A stretch of 64,000 nt of DNA. Source: Nitrospirota bacterium (GTDB lineage: Bacteria > Nitrospirota > JACRHJ01). The stretch covers positions 50,652 to 114,651 of the forward strand of contig CAVTDB010000008.1 of NCBI GenBank assembly GCA_963733375.1. Direction: 5' to 3'. The number at the start of each line of letters is the position of its first letter. Position 1 is the stretch's first letter. This document shows positions 55,437-64,000 of the stretch, in pieces. Below the pieces are notes generated by a model that saw only the letters and a list, made by a program, of their open reading frames with translations, was not told the origin of the DNA and did not search any database. The position numbers were made by a program, and so were the translations under genes.

Positions 55437-56720
55437 ATGAAGAGGACGTATCTGTCAGTAATTGCCGCTCTGCTCCTTATGGTGCCTATCGCAGCAGGTG
55501 TAGCATACGCGGCGGACACCACAAAGAGCCCTCCCCCGATAGGTCAGATGCTCGTAAGGGAGGGTGACTACGCTCTGAAGCTGGCACAGGCCTTGAAGGT
55601 GACACCAGCCACAACCGAAGCAGACGCCGAAAACACGCTTGCGGGAATCGGCATAGCCCCGGAGAACGGCTGGATTTCGGACTTCCCGGTCACCCCTGAC
55701 ATCATTGCGGAGATCCAAACCACAATAGACACGGCCGTAGGTTCCGGTAAGCTGAAGATGAGCAAGTCGGATGCGGACAGCGCGTTCAAGGCGCTTAACG
55801 CCGAGGCCGAGTTTTCCGTTGCTCCGGGCGCGCTGGTAAGGGAAGGTGACTACGCTCTGAAGCTGACACAGGCCTTGAAAGTGAAGCCCGATACAACTGA
55901 AGTGGACGCCGAAAATACGCTTGCGGCAATCGACATAACCCCGAAGAACGGCTGGATTTCAGACTTCCCGGTCACCCCTGACATCATTGCGGAGCTCAAG
56001 ATCGCAATAGACGCCGCAGCGGGTTCAGGTAAGCTGACGATGAGCAAAGCGGAAGCGGACAGCGCGTTCGAGGCACTTAACGTCACGGCAGGTCTTTCCA
56101 TGACGCCACCCAACGCCAAGGGCTACGCCGAGGCGCCGCCATACGAGGACCAGACCGTAATAAACAACTACTATGCCGAGGAAGGCCCACCTGTAATCAC
56201 TTACTACGAGCCTCCTCCGGACTACGCATACCTCTATGAATGGTACCCGTTCCCGTTCTGGTGCGGCGGCTTCTTCTTCCCGGGCTACTTCGTCCTGAAC
56301 GACTTTGTGTTCTTTGGCGGCTTCGGCCACGGCCATTTCGGTCACAGGCACGAATTCGGAACGCACTGGCATAACCATGGCATGATAAGCAACCACGTGA
56401 TAAGCCACGGCAGGGCCCTGTCTATTGACCCGGTGTCGAGGCAGCTACGCTCCGCGACGCTTCACGTGACAAGAGGGGGCAGGGTCGGCTCGTTCAACAG
56501 GTCGAGTGCGTCCCGCATTGTCGGCAGGAGCGTCATCCGCGGCGGTGGCCGTGCATTCGGCGGCGGCCATGCATACGGTGGCCATGCATACGGTGGCCGG
56601 GGCGGTAGCCGGGGGGGTGGAGGCTATGGCGGCGGTGGAGGCAGGGGCGCTGGAGGTCGGGGTGGCGCTGGAGGCAGAGGTGGAGGAGGAGGCTTTGGCG
56701 GTGGCGGTCGGGGCAGGTAA
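55437..56720 (+). CDS. Secreted hypothetical protein with a 94-aa tandem repeat and Gly/Arg-rich tail
   Basis: Signal peptide; LVREGDYALKL..GWISDFPVTPDIIAE repeated at 55551 and 55833; PPVITYYEPPPDY. Confidence 0.75.
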   Translation: MKRTYLSVIAALLLMVPIAAGVAYAADTTKSPPPIGQMLVREGDYALKLAQALKVTPATTEADAENTLAGIGIAPENGWISDFPVTPDIIAEIQTTIDTAVGSGKLKMSKSDADSAFKALNAEAEFSVAPGALVREGDYALKLTQALKVKPDTTEVDAENTLAAIDITPKNGWISDFPVTPDIIAELKIAIDAAAGSGKLTMSKAEADSAFEALNVTAGLSMTPPNAKGYAEAPPYEDQTVINNYYAEEGPPVITYYEPPPDYAYLYEWYPFPFWCGGFFFPGYFVLNDFVFFGGFGHGHFGHRHEFGTHWHNHGMISNHVISHGRALSIDPVSRQLRSATLHVTRGGRVGSFNRSSASRIVGRSVIRGGGRAFGGGHAYGGHAYGGRGGSRGGGGYGGGGGRGAGGRGGAGGRGGGGGFGGGGRGR

Positions 56721-56861
56721 TCCCGCCTTAGTCGTACAGGTCACGCTAAAGGAACGGCTAGTGAGCTTTCGCATTTTCTACGACGCGGCCTTCGTCATCG
56801 GAGGCACGAGTTCAATGAATTCTTAGATCTCTGACTATCCTCATTCGGACAGGGGGGGGAA

Positions 56862-57443
56862 ATGAAAGTCGTAGCCTTCAATGGCAGCGCCCGGAAAGAC
56901 GGTAATACTGCCATCCTTATCAGCCACGTGTTCAATGAACTGGAAAAAGAAGATATAAAAACGAAGATGGTTCAGCTCTCAGGCAAAAAAATTCGGGGCT
57001 GTATTGCCTGCTTCAAATGCTACAAGAACAAGGACCATCATTGTGCCGTCAAGGATGACATTGTTAATGAGTGTATAGACAAGATGTTAGAAGCCGACGG
57101 AATAATATTAGGCTCACCCACCTATTTTGCCGATGTAAGCGCAGAGTTAAAAGCTCTTATTGAGAGAGCCGGAATGACCGCAAAGGCCAATGATGATATG
57201 TTCGAGAAGAAAGCAGGTGGCGCCGTTGTTGCTGTCCGCCGGGCCGGTGCAATACACGTATTCGACTCCATAAACCACTTCTTCATGATAAGCCAAATGA
57301 TAATCCCCGGATCCGTTTACTGGAACATGGGAATAGGCCGCGAAAAGGGAGAAGTGGAAAAGGACGAAGAAGGCATAAGGACGATGAAGGTGCTGGGTAA
57401 GAATATGGCGTGGCTACTTAAGAAAATTAAGAGTCAGGAGTGA
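56862..57443 (+). CDS. Iron-sulfur flavoprotein / NADPH-dependent FMN reductase family
   Basis: FNGSARKDGNT, CIACFKC..C and GSPTYF. Confidence 0.9.
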   Translation: MKVVAFNGSARKDGNTAILISHVFNELEKEDIKTKMVQLSGKKIRGCIACFKCYKNKDHHCAVKDDIVNECIDKMLEADGIILGSPTYFADVSAELKALIERAGMTAKANDDMFEKKAGGAVVAVRRAGAIHVFDSINHFFMISQMIIPGSVYWNMGIGREKGEVEKDEEGIRTMKVLGKNMAWLLKKIKSQE

Positions 57444-57449
57444 GATGGT

Positions 57450-58166
57450 ATGGCGCTGCTTTTATTAAGAGATATTTCCTACCGTGCGGACGGGAACAGG
57501 GTACTTGACGGCCTTAACCTTGCTATAGAGAAACAGGAAGTCCATGCACTTGTAGGCACAAACGGGACTGGCAAGTCCACCCTCGCGTGTCTGGTAATGG
57601 GTTGCGGGGGATTCAGGCCGTTGTCGGGCGAGATAATCTTTGAAGGTAGGCCTATCAACAACCTCGGCATACATGAAAGGGCCGCGCTAGGCATCACGCT
57701 GGCGTGGCAGGAACCGGCGAGGTTCGAGGGTATCTCCGTCAGAAGGTACCTGACCCTCAAAAACAATGACACCGACCCTGCAACCTATCTCGAAATGGTC
57801 GGTCTGCATCCGGCAATATATCTCGACAGGATGACGGACAAATCCCTCAGTGGCGGAGAAAGAAAAAGGGTGGAGCTTGCCTCCGTACTGGCATTAAACC
57901 CTAAACTCGCAATACTTGACGAGCCTGATTCCGGAATAGATATGCTCTCAACCGGAGACGTAATAAACGTTATCAACGCCTTCAAGAAAAGGGGGGCGTC
58001 CGTGCTTCTTATAACGCACAGGGAAGAAATCGTCTCTATAGCTGACAGGGCATCCCAGCTATGCGGCGGCAGGATCGTGTGTTCCGGTGAACCGGGGATG
58101 GTCGCTGAATATTTTAAATCAAGGAAATGCCTCAAATGCGACGGCGAGGTGTGCGCAAATGCCTGA
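57450..58166 (+). CDS. sufC: SufC/SmsC-type ABC ATPase
   Basis: GTNGTGKST, WQEPARFEG, LSGGERKRVE and LDEPDSGID; C-terminal CxxC...C. Confidence 0.85.
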   Translation: MALLLLRDISYRADGNRVLDGLNLAIEKQEVHALVGTNGTGKSTLACLVMGCGGFRPLSGEIIFEGRPINNLGIHERAALGITLAWQEPARFEGISVRRYLTLKNNDTDPATYLEMVGLHPAIYLDRMTDKSLSGGERKRVELASVLALNPKLAILDEPDSGIDMLSTGDVINVINAFKKRGASVLLITHREEIVSIADRASQLCGGRIVCSGEPGMVAEYFKSRKCLKCDGEVCANA

Positions 58167-59094
58167 GCTTGAAGAATTGATGGACTCCTTTGCGATGTCC
58201 GGGGGTGACAAGGCAATACTTGCTGACGAAGAGACTGCGCACCTCGTCGTAAGCGGCAACGCCATACTCAGCTCAAGAACTGTTTACGGGCTCGAAGTCG
58301 AGGCAATGAGAACCGAGACAGGTATCAGTGCCAAGGTGATTGTTCTGGAAGGCGTGAGGTTAAAGAAGCCCGTCCACATGTGTTTCGGCATACTTCATAA
58401 GAGAGGTTCCCAGGAAATTAAGATGGACGTGGAGCTTAGGCGTGGCTCCTCCGCGCATTTCATAGCTCATTGTATATTTCCAGGGGCGGAGCAGGTAAGG
58501 CACGTCATGGACGCGGTAGTCCATATCGCCGAAGGCGCTGAGATGAGGTATTCAGAAATCCATTTTCACGGGATGCATGGGGGAGTGGAAGTTGTACCAA
58601 GGGCGTCCGTGACGATAGAAAAAAACGGTAGATACTTTTCTGAATTTATGTTGACCACCGGGATGGTCGGGGTCTTGGACATCGATTACTCCGTCGAGGC
58701 TGGCGAGGACGCCGTTGCGGAACTTATGGCAAGGGTGTTTGGCCATGCCAAAGACGACATAAAAATAAAAGAAAGGGTCGTCCTTGCAGGCAAGGGCTCA
58801 AGGAGCCTGATAAAGACAAGGGTCGCCCTTGAAGGTGAAGCGTCTGCGGAAGTTACAGGGATCACGGAAGGTAACGCTGAGGGTGCAAGAGGCCACGTGG
58901 ATTGCATGGAGATAATTACAGGGAATGCGGTGGCAAAAGCCGTGCCGATAGTCACCGTCTCAAGCCCGCTTGCAAAGGTGACTCATGAGGCGGCGATAGG
59001 CAGCGTGGACAAGAGGCAGATGGAAACCCTTATGGCCCACGGCCTCACTCCAGAAGAAGCTGTTGACATTATAGTAACAGGGATCCTTGCTTAG
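58159..59094 (+). CDS. SufB/SufD-like (SmsB) Fe-S scaffold
   Basis: PVHMCFG, IAHCIFP, ARGHVDC and VTHEAAIGSVDKRQMETLMAHGL. Confidence 0.88.
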   Translation: MPELEELMDSFAMSGGDKAILADEETAHLVVSGNAILSSRTVYGLEVEAMRTETGISAKVIVLEGVRLKKPVHMCFGILHKRGSQEIKMDVELRRGSSAHFIAHCIFPGAEQVRHVMDAVVHIAEGAEMRYSEIHFHGMHGGVEVVPRASVTIEKNGRYFSEFMLTTGMVGVLDIDYSVEAGEDAVAELMARVFGHAKDDIKIKERVVLAGKGSRSLIKTRVALEGEASAEVTGITEGNAEGARGHVDCMEIITGNAVAKAVPIVTVSSPLAKVTHEAAIGSVDKRQMETLMAHGLTPEEAVDIIVTGILA

Positions 59095-59100
59095 ATAAGC

Positions 59101-59570
59101 ATGCCATGTCAATCCGGGCATGGATGTAGCCAGACAATATCTCGGTCCAGACAATTATTCACGTTATTCACGGCAGCGCTGCTCGCGGCCGTTTTCACTA
59201 CCTGGCCTGTAAAAGGAAAAGGTATTACGATGAAGACCTCGCAAGGAAAGGCTGAGGGTATTATCCGTCTCCCTCCTCCTCGCTACGATGGCGAGACCTC
59301 GGTGGAAAAGGCGCTTCGCGAGAGACGCTCGCTCCGAGAATACGGAAATGAACCGCTCACCCTGTCCGAAATCGGGCAGATCCTTTGGGCGGCCCAGGGT
59401 GTGACCTCCTCTTTGGGGCTCAGGACTGCGCCTTCGGCCGGGGCTCTATATCCCCTTGAGACTTATGTCGTGGCAGGTGATGTGGAAGGGCTTCCGGCCG
59501 GGGTGTACCGCTACAAGCCGGATGGGCACCTGCTTTTGCAGGTCGCGGCCGTCGACAGGCGCGGGGCGCC
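59101..59570 (+). pseudogene. SagB/nitroreductase-family gene truncated at the junction
   Basis: [39 protein letters not shown]; homology ends at about DRRGA. Confidence 0.8.
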
Positions 59571-59835
59571 GGGCAAGATCATCGCCCAGGGGACGCCGTC
59601 CCAGCTGGTCACGACCCATGCCGGGCGCGAGGTGCTGGAGGTCTACGGGCCGCCCGCGGAGCTGGCCCAGCTCGAGGCGCAGGCCACCGAGCGCGGCTGG
59701 CCCTACCGGCGCAGCGGGCCCGCCGTGGCCCTGCTGGAGGCCGAGCGCCTCAACGGCGACGCGCCCGAGGGAGTGCGCCGGCCGGCCAACCTCGAGGACG
59801 CGTTCGTGGCGCTCACCGGGCAGGAGATCGAATGA
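59571..59835 (+). CDS. C-terminal fragment of an ABC ATP-binding protein (NodI-like) from the high-GC segment
   Basis: [13 protein letters not shown]...[15 protein letters not shown]. Confidence 0.75.
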
Positions 59836-60649
59836 CCAGCGTGGATCACGGAGTGGAGACCCCCCCGCCGCGAGCGTCGCGTGCGCCGGCTGGAACCGGC
59901 GGCACTGGGCGGCGTGATGACGCGCGATGTGGTGCTGTTCAAGCGCTACTGGAAGGCCACGACGTTCTCGTCGATCGTGCAGCCGACGATCTACCTGCTG
60001 GCCTTCGGGCTGGGGTTCGGGTCGCTGGTCAAGAACGTCGGCCACGTCAAGTACGTCGAGTACGTGGCCACCGGGGTGGTCGCCACCGCGGTCCTGTTCT
60101 CCTCCGCGTTTCCGGGGATGTTCAACACCTTCATCCGCTGGCAGTTCCAGCGGACCTACGACGCGCTGCTGGCCGCGCCGGTCGACGTGGAGGAGCTCGT
60201 CACCGCCGAGATCCTGTGGATCTCGCTGCGCGCCGGCGTCTACGGCCTGGCGCCGCTGCTCGTGGGCTTCGCCTTCGGCCTCAAGCCGACGGCCGGAATG
60301 CTGCTGGTGCCGTTCATCGGCTTCGTCACCGGGTTGGGCTTCGCCGCCTTCGGCGTCCTGATCGCCGCCATGGCCAAGACGATCGACAACTTCAACTACA
60401 TCACCAGCGCCGTGCTGACGCCGATGTTCCTGGTCGCGGGCACGTTCTTCCCGATCTCCACGCTGCCCGCCGGTGCTCCGCGAGATCGCCAAGTTCAACC
60501 CGCTCTATCACTGCGTGCAGCTCGTCCGCGACGCCTCGCTCGGAATCTTCGTCACCGCCGACCTGGTCACGCCGGCGGTGCTGCTGGCTTTCGCGCTGCT
60601 GATGTGGCGCCTGGCCATCTGGCGCCTCGAGAAGCGCCTGATCGACTAG
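59832..60649 (+). CDS. ABC-2 type permease (NodJ-like; frameshifted)
   Basis: [31 protein letters not shown] and [12 protein letters not shown]. Confidence 0.85.
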
Positions 60650-60694
60650 CCGCCGGAGCCTTCCGTCGGGGCCCGTCTCCGTCTCGCAGGGGAG

Positions 60695-61058
60695 CTAGCG
60701 CTTGCGCTGCCAGAAGGCCAATCTCGCCGCCGGCCGCGTGCCGATCACGCTGCGCCAGCCGGCCGGGCCCTCGCGCGGCTCGAGCAGCACCGCGGCGCCC
60801 CCAGCCGGCGCGCTCGATCGGTCGCCATCTCGATGCCGGCACCTCGACGTAGGGCAGCCACAGCGAGCGCTCGGTCGGGCACTCGACGATACCGCCGCCG
60901 GCCCGCTCGCCGAGCTCGAGCGCGAGGTAGGAGCCGGCGGCGTGTCGACCGCTCCGGCCGCCAGCCGCACAGACCGGCGTAGAAGCTCCGGGCGCAGGCG
61001 AGATCGCCGGTGTGCAGCTCAAGGTGCACCACGGGGATAGGGCAGGTCGTCCGCTCAT
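60695..61058 (-). CDS. VOC/glyoxalase family protein (frameshifted)
   Basis: VHLELHTGD..ARSFY..LCGW, WLPYVEV and LEPREGPAGWRSVI. Confidence 0.75.
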
Positions 61059-61140
61059 GTCTGCCAGGTTAGACCCGCGCGGGCAGAAAACTCATCGGTC
61101 GCGATGAGGTTTCGTGCCCGACGGTCTAGTCTGGTCGAGG

Positions 61141-62255
61141 ATGCCGACGCTCCGACACGCACGGCGCGAGCAGCTGCTCGAGACGGCGCGCGTGCGGCGA
61201 CGAGCGCGCGTTCGCCGCACTGATCGAGCCCTACCGCCGCGAGCTGCACGCCCACTGCTACCGGATGCTGGGCTCGGTGCACGACGCCGAGGACGCGCTG
61301 CAGGAGGCGCTGCTGCGCGCGTGGCGCGGGCTCGCGCGGTTCGAGGGCCGCAGCTCGCTGCGCTCGTGGCTCTACACGATCGCCACCAACACCTGCCTGG
61401 ACCAGATCGCGCGGCGGCCCAAGCGGGTGCTGCCGATCGACTACGGCCCGGCCACCGATCCCCACGTCGGGCCCGGCGAGCCGCTCGTCGAGTCGGTCTG
61501 GATCGAGCCCTACCCGGACGAGATCCTGGGCGTCGAGGACGGCTTCGCCGCGCCCGAGGCCCGCTACGAGCGGCGCGAGAGCGTCGAGCTCGCGTTCATC
61601 GCCGCGCTCCAGCACCTGCCGGCCACCCAGCGCGCGGTGCTGATCCTGCGCGAGGTGCTCGGCTTCTCGGCCAAGGAGGTCGCCGAGTCGCTGCGACACG
61701 ACCGTCGCCTCGGTCAACAGCGCGCTGCAGCGCGCCCGCGCCGCGGTCGAGGAGCGCGTTCCCGAGCAGCAGCCAGCAGGCGACCCTGCGCGCGCTCGGC
61801 GACGACTCGGTGCGCGAGCTCGTCGACCGCTACGTCGATGCGTGGGAGCGCTACGACGTCGAGGCGTTCGCGGCGATGCTGGCCGAGGACGCGACGTTCG
61901 CGATGCCGCCGCTGGCGAGCTGGTATCAGGGCCGCGAGGCGATCGCGCAGTGGGCGGCCGGCTGGCCGCTGTCGGGCGCCTGGCGCTGGCGCGCGTGCGG
62001 ACGCAGCGCCAACGGACAGCCCGCGCTCGGCTTCTACGCCTGGAACGAGGAGGAGCAGCGCTACCGCCCGTTCGCGCTCAACGTGCTGAGCTTCGCGCGG
62101 CACGCAGGTCAGCGACGTGACGGCGTTCATCGCCCGCTCCGCCGAGCCCCGCGACCGCGAGGTGTTCGAGCGCTATCCCGACGAGCCCGTCGACGCGGCG
62201 CAAGGTCGGAGACGTGTTCGAGCGCTTCGGCCTGCCCACCGAGCTGACCGAATAG
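61141..62255 (+). CDS. ECF sigma factor with C-terminal SnoaL-like domain (SigG-like; frameshifted)
   Basis: [59 protein letters not shown] and ANGQPA. Confidence 0.85.
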
Positions 62256-62299
62256 TGGGGCCGACTCAGGCGGGCGATGGCGCGGGCATAATCCCGGCC

Positions 62300-62921
62300 G
62301 TGCCCGAGATCCCCGTACGCCTGATCGAGGGGGACCTCGATCCTGAACCGGTCCGCCAGTTCGAGACCTGGTTCGCGGATGCGGTCGCCGCGCGCATCCC
62401 CCAGACGGAGGCGGCGGCGCTGGCCACCGCCACCCCGGACGGGGCGCCATCGGTGCGCATGGTGCTGGTCAAGCAGGTGGATGCGCGCGGCTTTCTGGTG
62501 TTCACCAATTACGAGAGCCGCAAGGGCATGGAGCTGGCCGCCAACCCCCGGGGAGCGCTGCTGTTCTTCTGGGAGCCGCTGGGGCGCCAGGTGCGGATCG
62601 AGGGCTCGGTGGAGCGAGCCACCCGCGGAGGAGTCAGAGGCCTACGTCCGCCGCCGGCCTCGGGCCAGTCAGCTCAGCGCGCTGGCCTCACCGCAGAGCC
62701 AGCCCGTCGCCCCCGCCATGACACTCGAGCGGCGCGTGGCCGAGGATGCGCGGACCAGTACGGCGACGGCGAGCTGCCCGATGCCCACGCACTGGGGCGG
62801 CTTCCGGGTCGTGCCCGAGCGCTACGAGTTCTGGCAGCACGGGGGCGACCGCCTGCACGATCGACTGGTGTACCTGCCCACCGCCGACGGTGGGTGGCAG
62901 ATCGAGCGCCTGGCGCCGTAG
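62300..62921 (+). CDS. pdxH: Pyridoxamine 5'-phosphate oxidase (frameshifted)
   Basis: [44 protein letters not shown] and IERLAP. Confidence 0.9.
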
Positions 62922-63206
62922 GGCCCGCTGGCCGCAGCCGCCGGTGGCGGCCGGCCGCGGGACTTCTGCGCCGCCACGCCCCGCAGCCTGGCCGTAACGG
63001 ACCAAGTGGACGCGGAGCCGAGCACCGGTACGAGGTCTGTCCAGCTTGCTCCACCCCTCGAGCCAAACCGGACACGCAGGGCTCGCGACGCGAATCGTGT
63101 CCACTTTGGTCCGCCTCCACGGCGCCAGGTCCGCGCCACCCACGCCCCCGCTCACTCCACGGATAGCCATGCCTAGGTATTGCTAGGGCATATAGACTGC
63201 TGCCCC

Positions 63207-64000
63207 ATGTTTGCCCACACCACTTCCCTCGGCCGGGAAAGTGTCTCCCCGCGCCGCCTGCTGACGCTGGGCGCCGCGGCGCTCATGTGTCTGTTTCTCA
63301 TCAACGCAACTTCGGCGCGAGCCGACAGCTCGTCCACTCTGACCGTCGTCGGTACCAGCGACGTCAGCGACTCGGCCTGGTCCAGAACCTGATCATGCCG
63401 GCCTTCGAGAAGGCCTATCCGCAGTTCTCCTTTCATTACATCGGCACGGCGACCGGCACCGCGATCAAGGACGCGGAGACCGGCGCCAAGGGAGCCAGCG
63501 CGCTGATCGTGCACGCCGCCTCGCTGGAGAATCGTTCGTCGGCGGCGGCTTCTCCTACGAGCAGTATGGCCGGGCGATCTTCACCAATGACTTCGTGCTG
63601 GCCGGGCCGAAGACCGATCCCGCGAGCGTCAGCGCCAACGGCGCGCACAACATCGCCCAGGCCTTCGCTGACGTGGCGGCGGCCGGGATCAACGGCGAAG
63701 CGCCAGGAATTCATATCGCGAGGCGGAACCCCCGGTACGACCGTGGAGGAGCACCCGATCTGGAACCTGGTCGACGAGAACGGCCTGGCTCCCTCGGGTT
63801 TGCTGCTGTGCGCGGTCTCAAGCGCCAACGGCGGCGGCCTGACCCCGATCGCGGCCGACAACGGCGTCACCACCTCCGGGCAGCCCTGCCCCAACGGCGG
63901 CGCGCTGCCCACCGGACCGGCGCTGCCCAGCTGGTATGTCGCCACCGGCCTGACCCAAGGTCCGAACGTGCATCGACGCGAACGCCTGCAACGGCTATCC
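63207..64000 (+). CDS. Secreted substrate-binding protein (TupA/PBP-like; partial, frameshifted)
   Basis: Signal peptide, VVGTSDVSDS, GTGTAI, VHAA, NDFVLAGP..DPA and SRGG..GT. Confidence 0.55.

Noticed and set aside
56540-56720. G-rich tract as a regulatory G-quadruplex or repeat element
   Set aside because: Explained by Gly codons in the protein tail
59101-59835. Novel nitroreductase-ABC fusion protein
   Set aside because: Both halves are incomplete and the join coincides with the compositional break
285-63900. Numerous frameshifts as pseudogenisation or programmed frameshifting
   Set aside because: They hit housekeeping genes (clpC, bioB, acrB, pdxH) in both compositional segments, with no in-frame decay or consistent slippery motif; typical of long-read indel errors

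Overview
About 59.6 kb from a moderately GC-rich, probably anaerobic Gram-negative bacterium is joined at about 59,570 to about 4.4 kb of much higher-GC, actinobacterial-looking DNA, probably as a chimera. The host looks Nitrospirota- or Desulfobacterota-like, inferred from gene content only. Many housekeeping genes are split by single-base frameshifts, which points to uncorrected long-read errors rather than real pseudogenes, so gene limits below are often joined across frames. In order, the window contains: a bioB-bioW-bioF-SDR biotin operon with a BirA operator; clpC; a sulfur-handling/redox neighbourhood (DUF523, ArsR-TauE-DsrE-methyltransferase, DUF134-NifB/X, DsrE, OsmC, split-Soret-type cytochrome, pentaheme cytochrome c); an ~19 kb UpxY/NusG-paralog-led Wzx/Wzy polysaccharide locus; a Crp/Fnr-TusA-SQR-DUF1641 module with three operator boxes; a TetR-controlled RND pump; two orphan PAS histidine kinases; a cNMP/TrxB-tag-SDR block; a displaced 3' tRNA-Met fragment (att-like site); and archaeal/anaerobe-type genes (archaeal-type SAM synthetase, FBP aldolase/phosphatase and CheR remnants, SmsCB minimal SUF). 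Elements not in the ORF track include a 36-aa 9-Cys metallothionein-like ORF behind a perfect sigma70 promoter, a 31-aa single-TM ORF, and a candidate ~115-nt sRNA.
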